Below are positions 19,954 to 27,396 of a stretch of DNA of 29,192 nucleotides, piece after piece. The stretch lies in IMG/VR virus record IMGVR_UViG_2728369181_000002, one strand, 5' to 3'. Below the pieces are notes generated by a model. That model saw only the letters and a list, made by a program, of their open reading frames with translations. It had not been told where the DNA came from and searched no databases. Made by a program: the position numbers and the translations under genes. The first letter of the stretch is position 1; each line of letters starts with the position of its first letter. Origin of the DNA: a virus (lineage: Duplodnaviria; Heunggongvirae; Uroviricota; Caudoviricetes).

Positions 19954-20234
19954 TAGTGCCTCAGATGATCAACCAGACGTGCAACGTTGCCTCTGACGGC
20001 CACCAGCACGGAAAGAAAAATAGTGTTCGCCACGATAATGGGCCATGAGGAATGGGGATAAATCCCACAGAGATAGGCCAACGGAACAGCACTGTATGTA
20101 ACAGTAATCAGCCAGGCTAAACGTGAAACCCAAGGACGATGCCGCGAATCACCACGACGATAAAACATCAGAGTAATAACAACACAAGCACATAACAGCG
20201 CATTTATAGTTGCTGTCGGGTCATTTAGCTCCAC
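19953..20234 (-). CDS. holin-like membrane protein (second holin or antiholin candidate)
   Basis: 93-aa ORF with GTG start and three hydrophobic segments; lies between the holin and endolysin genes. Confidence 0.5.
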   Translation of the reverse strand: MELNDPTATINALLCACVVITLMFYRRGDSRHRPWVSRLAWLITVTYSAVPLAYLCGIYPHSSWPIIVANTIFLSVLVAVRGNVARLVDHLRH

Positions 20235-20607
20235 CTGAACCTCCCCGGCGCGTTATGAGCGCCACCAGCGAGCCGATATCCTGATTATTCAGGAACGTCA
20301 GGATTTTAACGGCTAAAGCAGAGACGATTACGGCACCAATAGCATCCAGAGGTTTATCACTGTATCCGGTCAAGTTCGCCAGCTTGGAGCCAACCAACCC
20401 AGAGCAAAGAATCCCGGCAATATATGACACGATAAAATATGCCAGTCGGCGCGATGCACTCAGATCTGCTGCTGTTGCTATGTAGAATACAGCCCCTGCA
20501 AATGCGCCAAATACAACGCCGTAATCAGTTCCGGTCAGCAGTCCATAAACACTGGCACCCGTCAGGGCACCACCAGCCAGCCCAGTACCGGAAATCGGAT
20601 CGGACAT
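20221..20607 (-). CDS. holin
   Basis: 128-aa ORF rich in Gly/Ala hydrophobic segments (GTGLAGGALTGASVYGLLTGTDYGVVFGAFAGAVFYIATAADL); first gene of the lysis cassette; AGAGGGGG before the ATG. Confidence 0.55.
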   Translation of the reverse strand: MSDPISGTGLAGGALTGASVYGLLTGTDYGVVFGAFAGAVFYIATAADLSASRRLAYFIVSYIAGILCSGLVGSKLANLTGYSDKPLDAIGAVIVSALAVKILTFLNNQDIGSLVALITRRGGSGGAK

Positions 20608-20686
20608 TTAGCCCCCTCTTAATTGCTGTTGGTCCTCTCAGATATGAGGGGAAGGGATCTTAATGACAGTCTGTTTATTATTTCAG

Positions 20687-20944
20687 TCAAATACTACCCT
20701 GTTGATGATTTCTCAGAAGCGAACTTGACTCCCAAGGGAAACTCAACTTTCCGTTAAAACCACCAGCAGACATTCGTTCAATTTCCACAGAAATATCACT
20801 GAGCCGTTCTTCAAGCTCTGCTTTTTCTTTTACCAGACGGTTATAGCGGCTTAGATGAAGCTTTTGCTGCTCCAGCCAGTCTTCAAGCTGTTCAACAGTC
20901 ATACCAGGGTTAAAAAAATATGGCTGCTGCTTTTCGCCCTGCAT
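20687..20944 (-). CDS. hypothetical coiled-coil protein (late-region moron)
   Basis: Start placed at ATG 20944..20942, preceded by GGAGG at 6-nt spacing (MQGEKQQPYFFNPGMTVEQLEDWLEQQKLHL...); 85 aa; AT-rich; lies between the candidate tR' and the holin. Confidence 0.45.
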   Translation of the reverse strand: MQGEKQQPYFFNPGMTVEQLEDWLEQQKLHLSRYNRLVKEKAELEERLSDISVEIERMSAGGFNGKLSFPWESSSLLRNHQQGSI

Positions 20945-20961
20945 TATTGACCTCCAGAAAA

Positions 20962-20986
20962 GCAAAAACCCCGCCGAAGCGAGGTT
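20962..20986 (-). terminator. candidate tR'-like terminator downstream of the late promoter
   Basis: Minus strand CCTCGC-TTCG-GCGGGG (6-bp stem with one G-U pair, TTCG loop) followed by TTTTGCTTTT; about 45-65 nt downstream of the candidate pR'. Confidence 0.4.
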
Positions 20987-21034
20987 TGTTATGATTTCGT
21001 TAACGGCAGACATACAAAGCCCATCGTTAGGAGA

Positions 21035-21063
21035 ATCCTAACCAGATTTTTTGAAAAATGCAA
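21035..21063 (-). promoter_or_regulatory. candidate late promoter pR' (-35 TTGCAT, 17-bp spacer, -10 TAGGAT)
   Basis: Sigma-70-like hexamers on the minus strand within the 150 bp after the Q gene stop (21095); spacing is optimal. Confidence 0.35.
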
Positions 21064-21094
21064 GAATCATGTCGCTATCTTCGGTGAAAATCAT

Positions 21095-21847
21095 TCATCT
21101 CGTCACTTTTCTTAATTGCGCCTCAGCATATGCTTCTTCCTGCCAGCACTTTGTCACCAGTTTATCAATGACATCTGCATATCCTTTGTACCACTGATAA
21201 TCAGTCAGGTCCGGTACCAGCTTCTGGACATGATGCCGCGCCAGTGTGGTTGGTAAACGGCTAAACCGGTTTCCATTGCAACGCCCACAAATCTTATAAA
21301 CAGGCATGCCATGAAGCCGGGTTCTTTTTTCATCCAGGACAATACCTTTACCCTTACACCCTCTGCACGCTGTGCTGACTTCTCCCTTACCATGACAATG
21401 CTGACATAGTTCCTTCACCCACTCTTCCTTGATAACAGATTCCCCGTTTCTGGAGTGTTTCACCACTTCGCGCAATACATTATGAAATCCAGTACCAGCA
21501 CAATGCTCACAGCGAGCCTTACTTGCCGCAGATCTGGAATAATCAGCAAAGGCAAAATTCACAAGGTAAGGAATGATCTGTAGCCGGGTTTCTTCACTCA
21601 ATTTGTTCAATGTCGGGTTATCCAGTGCCATCGCGTAATTGAGCAGACCTTCAATCGCAAACTGAGGATCCTGAACACCAACTTTTGCCAGGAATAAGGC
21701 AAACCCAAGCGGTGCTTTCGACTGCACCATCCCCTGCGCAGCCATCACATCCGTAATCGTTAAACCACCCGAGCCTGTCGCCGGTGCGTCATCGCTCAGT
21801 TTTGGAGATTTTGGGGAGTAATATTTTGGTAAGGCTTCAAGGTTCAT
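21095..21847 (-). CDS. antitermination protein Q-like (contains four CxxCxGxG zinc-finger repeats)
   Basis: 250-aa ORF at the canonical Q position, after the nin-like genes and before pR'/lysis; contains CEHCAGTG, CQHCHGKG, CRGCKGKG and CGRCNGNR; GGAG ribosome-binding site. Confidence 0.6.
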   Translation of the reverse strand: MNLEALPKYYSPKSPKLSDDAPATGSGGLTITDVMAAQGMVQSKAPLGFALFLAKVGVQDPQFAIEGLLNYAMALDNPTLNKLSEETRLQIIPYLVNFAFADYSRSAASKARCEHCAGTGFHNVLREVVKHSRNGESVIKEEWVKELCQHCHGKGEVSTACRGCKGKGIVLDEKRTRLHGMPVYKICGRCNGNRFSRLPTTLARHHVQKLVPDLTDYQWYKGYADVIDKLVTKCWQEEAYAEAQLRKVTR

Positions 21848-21860
21848 GCTCGTTCTCCAC

Positions 21861-22655
21861 TTACGCCAGTACGCCTATTGCCAGCGCACGATCGATAAAA
21901 CGAAATATCAGCTCCAGCTGGGAGCCATACTTCTCTTCAAATGCCACGGTATCCGCATGCAGCTCGTCGTGATGCTTTCTGCACAAAGGCAACACAAAGA
22001 GGTCATGCGCTTTTGTACCCATTCCCCCCTGACCGTGGCCTATCAGATGGTGAGGATCATCAGCAGGCTTTCCACAACATGCGCACGGCTGTGTCTTAAC
22101 CCAGCGCGTGTACTTTTCATTAACCCAGCGGCGACGTTTTGGGCGTAACATAAAAGACTCCGGCGACTCCGGATCCACTTTCAGCGCCAGCACCTTTTTC
22201 GCCTTATCCTGGATGATGCTGGTGGCAGGAACCGAAGGCACAAGGTCACTTTCCCGGGTGACAGACGGCACAACAGGATTCGGTAATCTCAGTGCCTTAC
22301 GGGCTGCGCTTTCCGGTAAGGCATCCGCCAGATCATTACGAACCAGCCACCAGCACAGTTCCGGCATTGTCACAACGTGACTGTCATCAAAACCGAGATC
22401 CCGACGCACAACAGACAACACCCAGCGGGCACAGTTATCCGTTGCCATTGATTCCAGCCGTTCCGTGAACTGATCGCGCAGCTGGTTATCGCAGTGCCAG
22501 CACAGACGGATTGCGCCCGGCGCGTGTCGCATTGTGGTCATGTTCTCGCTGTGCCAGTCGGAATGAGGCCACTGACAGCCTTTTTCACGAAGTAACCAGC
22601 TTTCAAGACATTCCACTCCACCAGCACGACGGATCACTGCCTCATTGCGGAACAC
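21861..22655 (-). CDS. DUF968-type (YdfU-like) prophage protein
   Basis: 264-aa ORF with GTG start and a C-terminal Cys/His cluster (CACCGKPADDPHHLIGHGQGG...CRKHHDELH); adjacent to the Q-like gene as in Qin-type prophages. Confidence 0.5.
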   Translation of the reverse strand: MFRNEAVIRRAGGVECLESWLLREKGCQWPHSDWHSENMTTMRHAPGAIRLCWHCDNQLRDQFTERLESMATDNCARWVLSVVRRDLGFDDSHVVTMPELCWWLVRNDLADALPESAARKALRLPNPVVPSVTRESDLVPSVPATSIIQDKAKKVLALKVDPESPESFMLRPKRRRWVNEKYTRWVKTQPCACCGKPADDPHHLIGHGQGGMGTKAHDLFVLPLCRKHHDELHADTVAFEEKYGSQLELIFRFIDRALAIGVLA

Positions 22656-22756
22656 GGCCCTGCATAAACAGGGGCATCAGCTCTGAACCTGGCCTGAACA
22701 ATACGATCCCCATACGCGGGGCAATTTCAGGGGTCAGTAGTGCTCTCACGGTCACC

Positions 22757-23590
22757 TCAATGAACGGTATCGAGCAGCTTTAACAGCTCAGGGAATCGGG
22801 ATTCGAAGAAATGCGGCTGCGTCTCGCGCGGATTTGCGGGACTGGTGATGTTCTTGCCGAACATGCAACCTTTCGCTGTCAGCGACCAGAATTTTTTGAT
22901 GTTGTTAATCGCGGTACGGCTGTATCGTTCGCGCTGCTCGACGATCCCCAGTTTCACCATCTGGTGATATGCCTGATTAGCCGTCAGGCGTATACCATAC
23001 TGTTTCAGCAGTGCACTCAGTGACAGTGTCGGGCGACTTGAGCCNNNNNNNNNNNNNNNNNNNNNNNNNNNNNNNNNNNNNNNNNNNNNNNNNNNNNNNN
23101 NNNNNNNNNNNNNNNNNNNNNNNNNNNNNNNNNNNNNGAGTTTCTGACAGGCACCAAGCACTGAAGAGTTAGACAGGTTTAACTCCCGGCGCATAAAGTC
23201 CAGCAGGATCACGCCAGCCTGCATCTTGTCAGCAGCCTGTCCGGATAATTTTTCCGGTGCGCTGGTTACCATATCGAAAGTACGGATCACCTTCAGATGG
23301 AATGACGGGCTGATCCACATTGCATAGGCATACACCAGTTCCTTGCAGACATAAGTTCCCCGTTCATTTCCCCCATGAATCACACTCACCGGATCAACAC
23401 CCAAATTCTGGGTGTTGGTCAATTCATGAACAAGTTCAACAGTTTGTTGGCTGGAAAGAAACTTTCCTGGCTCCTTGGTTCTGGCATTGGCACCAGATGC
23501 TACTGCTGCGCGATGCAGATCGTTCAGGCTGTAACGCCCATAAGCATCACGACGAACTTCAATACCATCAATGACCATCAGATTATTCAT
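22757..23590 (-). CDS. KilA-N domain protein (interrupted by assembly gap)
   Basis: Start placed at ATG 23590..23588, preceded by AGGAGA (MNNLMVIDGIEVRRDAYGRYSLNDLHRAAVASGAN...); N-terminal region resembles KilA-N DNA-binding domains; the reading frame passes through the N-run 23045..23137. Confidence 0.55.
   Translation of the reverse strand: MNNLMVIDGIEVRRDAYGRYSLNDLHRAAVASGANARTKEPGKFLSSQQTVELVHELTNTQNLGVDPVSVIHGGNERGTYVCKELVYAYAMWISPSFHLKVIRTFDMVTSAPEKLSGQAADKMQAGVILLDFMRRELNLSNSSVLGACQKLXXXXXXXXXXXXXXXXXXXXXXXXXXXXXXXGSSRPTLSLSALLKQYGIRLTANQAYHQMVKLGIVEQRERYSRTAINNIKKFWSLTAKGCMFGKNITSPANPRETQPHFFESRFPELLKLLDTVH
23045..23137. other. assembly gap (93 N)
   Basis: Run of N inside the KilA-N gene. 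Confidence 0.99.
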
Positions 23591-23609
23591 ACTTCGTTTC
23601 TCCTTTTGC

Positions 23610-23999
23610 TCAGGCGGCTGCACCCGCCGTTTTCTCGTATTTACTGATAGTGATCTCGACCTTCCCTTCCGGGATAACCGGTCCCCACTCCACTAGCATT
23701 CTTTTCACCTGACTGTCGTCTTCCCACACACCCGCGTGGGTCAGGGCGTCAAACAGCGCCTTGTTATAGTTGTCCAGATCGCGGATCCGGTTATCCGGAG
23801 GAAACAACACGATCTCCACTGAAGCAGGTGCCGACGTTGGTTTTGGCAGACGACGTAACTGCTCAACTATTGCTGCACACGCCGCGCTCTGGAATTTGCG
23901 CCCCGCCGCGCTTATCAGGCTCTTACCTGCAAACGCCCCTTTGTTGGGGTGTCGCCAGTACGTGTTCACGCTGGGCGGAAAAGGCAGGATCAGCTTCAT
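23610..23999 (-). CDS. rusA: RusA Holliday junction resolvase
   Basis: 129-aa ORF MKLILPFPPSVNTYWRH...RDLDNYNKALFDALTHAGVWEDDSQV closely matches the conserved RusA core; ATGA coupling with the upstream gene. Confidence 0.85.
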   Translation of the reverse strand: MKLILPFPPSVNTYWRHPNKGAFAGKSLISAAGRKFQSAACAAIVEQLRRLPKPTSAPASVEIVLFPPDNRIRDLDNYNKALFDALTHAGVWEDDSQVKRMLVEWGPVIPEGKVEITISKYEKTAGAAA

Positions 24000-24649
24000 G
24001 CCACTATCTCCCTGACCAGTTTTTCCGCCTGCTGGCGAACCTGCACCAGAAAGGCTTCACCACATGCCTCAAGTTCATCGCGCCCGATGTAGCTGATTGC
24101 CGGTCCCTTCCAGGTCTTGTCGAAAACAGCAATAGCACCAGCGAAGAAAGCGCCTGTCGGCACCTGCTTCTCATCCTTCGGGATAAACCAGGCAGGCAGT
24201 TCAAAACCAATACGCCCGCGAATAAAAGCAATATGGTCCGCATCTTCCGGCCACCACACTTCGCTGGTGGCAGCTTTGATCAGGAAAACATAGCGCCCGC
24301 CCTTATCACGCATGGCACTGGCATGTTTCATGATGTAACGCATGCCGGTGATGTATTGCCCCTCATGCTGACTGGCGCGGCTGTATGGGGGATTACCAAA
24401 GGCAGCACCTTTAAGCTCCGCAAGACGTTCTGACCAGTCATGCGCCAGCGCGTTATCTTCCGCCGTGTAATACGCGGCACATTTGGCGTTATCACCGTCA
24501 GTAAACAGATCCAGAACAAACGGGCCAAACAGGGTGTTAATTCCCCAGAAAATGTTGTCCGGCGTGCGCCACTGATCGCCCACTTCCTTCAGTTCATGGG
24601 CTGGTTTGTTCCGCAGTTCCACCAGCGCCTGGCAATATTTATTACTCAT
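23996..24649 (-). CDS. phage DNA N6-adenine methyltransferase
   Basis: Start placed at ATG 24649..24647 (TAATG overlap with the upstream gene), product MSNKYCQALVELRN...; contains NPPY (motif IV of N6-adenine methyltransferases). Confidence 0.7.
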   Translation of the reverse strand: MSNKYCQALVELRNKPAHELKEVGDQWRTPDNIFWGINTLFGPFVLDLFTDGDNAKCAAYYTAEDNALAHDWSERLAELKGAAFGNPPYSRASQHEGQYITGMRYIMKHASAMRDKGGRYVFLIKAATSEVWWPEDADHIAFIRGRIGFELPAWFIPKDEKQVPTGAFFAGAIAVFDKTWKGPAISYIGRDELEACGEAFLVQVRQQAEKLVREIVA

Positions 24650-25143
24650 TAAGCCCCCACGTAATTCCCTGACAGATACCACTCTTCACCCGATGCAGCG
24701 CGCTTGCTGCTTTTCCGTAAGCACCGCTCACGACGCGCCAGAAAATTGTTTCGTTCTGGCTGGGAGTGGCTTTCACGGAATGCCGCCATCCACACGGTTG
24801 CAGCACGACGGTATAAGCCCCTGGACTCCAGTTCTTCAGCCTGGCGGGTCAGGCACAAAATCACCCGTGGATCGTTAGTGCCGACATAGAAATTGCGCAC
24901 AGGTCTGGTTTCACGAACTGGTTGTGGTTCCGGCTCCTGCGCTCTCTCAGTCAGGCGCGGGAAATGTCTGCGTGTATCTCCTTCACAACGGTGAGCCACA
25001 CGCCCACTCTGACGTAACTTGCTTGCTGACTGCAGAACGCGCTGCCGTGAGTAACCTGCAAAAGCATCCGCAATGTCTCCGGAAGTACACCCCGGATGGG
25101 CTTCAATGAATTTCTGAACTTCATTCAAAAGACTCATGATCAC
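24649..25143 (-). CDS. PerC-like transcriptional regulator (tentative)
   Basis: 164-aa ORF, start GTG 25143 (GTGA overlap with the O-like stop) or ATG 25137; C-terminal LESRGLYRRAATVWMAAF...NFLARRERCLRK resembles the PerC-family RRAA-W and CLRK signature as recalled. Confidence 0.4.
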   Translation of the reverse strand: MIMSLLNEVQKFIEAHPGCTSGDIADAFAGYSRQRVLQSASKLRQSGRVAHRCEGDTRRHFPRLTERAQEPEPQPVRETRPVRNFYVGTNDPRVILCLTRQAEELESRGLYRRAATVWMAAFRESHSQPERNNFLARRERCLRKSSKRAASGEEWYLSGNYVGA

Positions 25144-26132
25144 CCCCTGAATCCTGCCGGGATCTGGCTGTAGTCCACGTTGTCGTAACTGGATTTGAAA
25201 TACGGGTCTTCGCGTTTTTCTGTGTATGTGCTGACGGACGGCGATAAGCGCAGGGAAAGCTCATCCCATTTTTCCCGCAGCTTCGACGGACTGAGCACGT
25301 TACGGCACCAGAACGGATCGCGGCTGACGCGGCTGTACATCTCGCAGATTTGTTTGTGAGTACGACCATCCTGCACACACATCAGGCGAATTTCGTTTGC
25401 CCAGGCTGTCCAGTTAGGTTCTTTGGGACGAACCACCTCGCCGTCACATTCGGCGGCCTGCTCGTACAGGGCGATGATTTTTTTCCAGAGCCACTGTGCG
25501 CAGGTCAAATCATCCTGCGTTCCCCACTGGCGCTTTTTAGGGCTGAATACAACCGCATCAGGATGGCGAGTTAAAAAATCCTGTTCAGCCATCTGCGTGT
25601 CCGGTTGCGAAGCGTCCGGACGAGAAGAGGTTTTATTCTCTGTAGTAATCTCTGTTGTATTCTCTGTAAGATCATTGGGCCATTTTGACCCGATGACAGC
25701 GTGTCGTTTTGAACCAATGGATCGTGTCATTTTGCGCCCATCCATCAGGTCACTTTGACCCGATGGAGAAGTGCATTTTGACCTGATGGATTCGTTCACT
25801 TTGACCTCTTCTAAAAGCTCACTTTCATAGTTGATCGTGTAGAAATTGGTCATGTCACGCTTCGATTTATTGAGTTGCTCGCGACGCAAAACCCCAAGTG
25901 ATTTCAGGCTTGCAAATGTGCGTTTCAGAGTGGACTCTGACCAGAACGGAAACTGCTCCAGCCACTGTTCTGTCGTGTTATAAACCCAGCGAATTCCGCC
26001 ATGCTCAGTGCCTGAATTCGTTTCATTCAGCCAGTAATGAAGCTGCTGCAACACAATTGCCTCATTCAGACCAATACGGCATGCAAGATCACGATTTATC
26101 ACAATGGGCTGGGATGTCATTAACAGGCTCAT
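25140..26132 (-). CDS. replication initiation protein (lambda O-like, iteron-containing)
   Basis: 330-aa ORF whose N-terminus ([26 protein letters not shown]...) looks like a helix-turn-helix replisome organiser; the central part of the gene contains about six 23-bp direct repeats and an adjacent AT-rich tract, as oriLambda lies within O. Confidence 0.65.
   Translation of the reverse strand: MSLLMTSQPIVINRDLACRIGLNEAIVLQQLHYWLNETNSGTEHGGIRWVYNTTEQWLEQFPFWSESTLKRTFASLKSLGVLRREQLNKSKRDMTNFYTINYESELLEEVKVNESIRSKCTSPSGQSDLMDGRKMTRSIGSKRHAVIGSKWPNDLTENTTEITTENKTSSRPDASQPDTQMAEQDFLTRHPDAVVFSPKKRQWGTQDDLTCAQWLWKKIIALYEQAAECDGEVVRPKEPNWTAWANEIRLMCVQDGRTHKQICEMYSRVSRDPFWCRNVLSPSKLREKWDELSLRLSPSVSTYTEKREDPYFKSSYDNVDYSQIPAGFRG
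25681..25818. repeat. iteron array (about six 23-bp direct repeats, core TTTTGACCCGATGG), candidate origin of replication
   Basis: Copies begin near 25681, 25704, 25727, 25751, 25774 and 25796; an AT-rich tract with repeated TTCTCTGTA sits at 25633..25670. Confidence 0.65.
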
Positions 26133-26301
26133 GACCGACCTCTATTTCCCTGAATTTACGACGAAACTGTTCGAGCGGACTGAAGCATTCATGTTCATAG
26201 CCTTCACGGAGGTAGATAACCCGTTGTGTTTCCGGCTCCCAACGAATGACTCTGACGGGCACTCCGTAGTGATCTTTGAACCAGCGGTTAACTTGTCGCA
26301 A
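26089..26301 (-). CDS. hypothetical small protein (TTG start; gene model ambiguous)
   Basis: 70-aa [43 protein letters not shown]...; TTG start at 26301 preceded by AAGGAG at 8-nt spacing; overlaps the O-like start by 44 bp and competes with ORF 26142..26480 in another frame. Confidence 0.35.
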   Translation of the reverse strand: MRQVNRWFKDHYGVPVRVIRWEPETQRVIYLREGYEHECFSPLEQFRRKFREIEVGHEPVNDIPAHCDKS

Positions 26302-26476
26302 AGGACTGTCTCCTTCTGCCGGTTGAAATCACCCACAGCCCACTCTGCAAAGCTGTGGGTTACAATTTCCCTGTCACCTGGTACATTCACTGCATAGCAA
26401 TACTCCACCTTCGCTTTTCCACCCGGTACAGGAAGCGCAATCAGTTGCGAACGACGGTAGAGTGTTGTTAAACTGT

Positions 26477-27118
26477 TCATGCGTTAGTTTCTCCACAACC
26501 AGAAGCAATCGACGCCACGACGCCCGGAGCTGCACACTCGCGGGCGTTACTCTTTTCCGGCGCACAAAAAACACGAAATAACAGTGTCAAATGCTCCTGC
26601 CACTTCGCCATTACTTGGTAGCTGTTCTCTTCGATTTGCTCACGCTCAGCCTGGTCAATAACTCCATCAGCAGTTGCCTTGCGTAAGTACTGGGAATGCT
26701 TGCCAATCCATTCTATTGACTCCATCAGCCGCTGATTAATGTCACCATTGTCAATGTCATCAATGACCACCAGCGGCACAAACACCCCATTACTACGACG
26801 GGCTATTGCATCCGTTACATGCCTGGTACCACTGGCATCCTGTAAAACCATGGCCCACTCAAGTGGAAAAATTTGATCCCCACCGCTACGCAGTCTGTTA
26901 TGCAATTGATCTTTTGCTGGGGTGATATCATCAGATTTATACAAACCAAGAATTTCTGCTGCTTCCTCATAGCCATGAGGTAAATCAGCAATCGTTCTTC
27001 GTATTGCTGCCACCAGCCATGCTGGCTGTTTATCAACTTTCCATTCAGGTTCTTTACCCACGTTTAAGTCCTCATATCTGTGGTTTCTGTAAATCGATTT
27101 ATCCATTAGATTTTTCAT
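26477..27118 (-). CDS. CII-position regulatory protein (YdaT/CP76-like, tentative)
   Basis: Start tentatively at ATG 27118 ([19 protein letters not shown]...); second gene of the early rightward operon, directly after the Cro-like gene; family assignment from memory. Confidence 0.5.
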   Translation of the reverse strand: MKNLMDKSIYRNHRYEDLNVGKEPEWKVDKQPAWLVAAIRRTIADLPHGYEEAAEILGLYKSDDITPAKDQLHNRLRSGGDQIFPLEWAMVLQDASGTRHVTDAIARRSNGVFVPLVVIDDIDNGDINQRLMESIEWIGKHSQYLRKATADGVIDQAEREQIEENSYQVMAKWQEHLTLLFRVFCAPEKSNARECAAPGVVASIASGCGETNA

Positions 27119-27299
27119 AAAGCTCAGGTTTAAATGGCAACCGTCCGCAAGTTCTATATGCAGCCTCTGCTGCACGTCCTTTTGGAATTAACTGGCCAGG
27201 ACGGTTTCGCCACTGATAAACGGCTTCAGTTGTTATGCCGAAAAAAGCAGCAACTTTCTCAATGCTGCCGAAGTAGCTTTCGATATCGTCAGTCGTCAT
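27099..27299 (-). CDS. Cro-like transcriptional regulator (YdaS-type helix-turn-helix)
   Basis: 66-aa ORF, ATG at 27299..27297 preceded by GGAGGG; helix-turn-helix-like segment VAAFFGITTEAVYQWRNR; divergent from the CI-like repressor. Confidence 0.6.
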   Translation of the reverse strand: MTTDDIESYFGSIEKVAAFFGITTEAVYQWRNRPGQLIPKGRAAEAAYRTCGRLPFKPELYEKSNG

Positions 27300-27311
27300 A
27301 TGCCCTCCAAG

Positions 27312-27374
27312 CTAAGTTTTATTAGATGTTAATTATCAATCTATCTTAGGTCAATAAAAACTAAGATTACTTAG
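27312..27374. promoter_or_regulatory. immunity-region operator cluster (CTAAG-N4-NTTAG palindromes) with divergent promoters
   Basis: CTAAGTTTTATTAG at 27312..27325 and CTAAGATTACTTAG at 27361..27374, plus a CTTAG-N11-CTAAG inverted pair at 27345..27365; all lie in the 97-bp gap between the divergent Cro-like and CI-like genes. Confidence 0.55.
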
Positions 27375-27396
27375 TAATTAAAGAAATGGTGCTCCT

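Noticed and set aside
20608-20686. Imperfect inverted repeat (CCTCTCA...TGAGGGG) between the coiled-coil gene and the holin
   Set aside because: The stem has a mismatch and no adjacent U-tract; more likely part of the holin ribosome-binding region (AGAGGGGG) than a discrete element.
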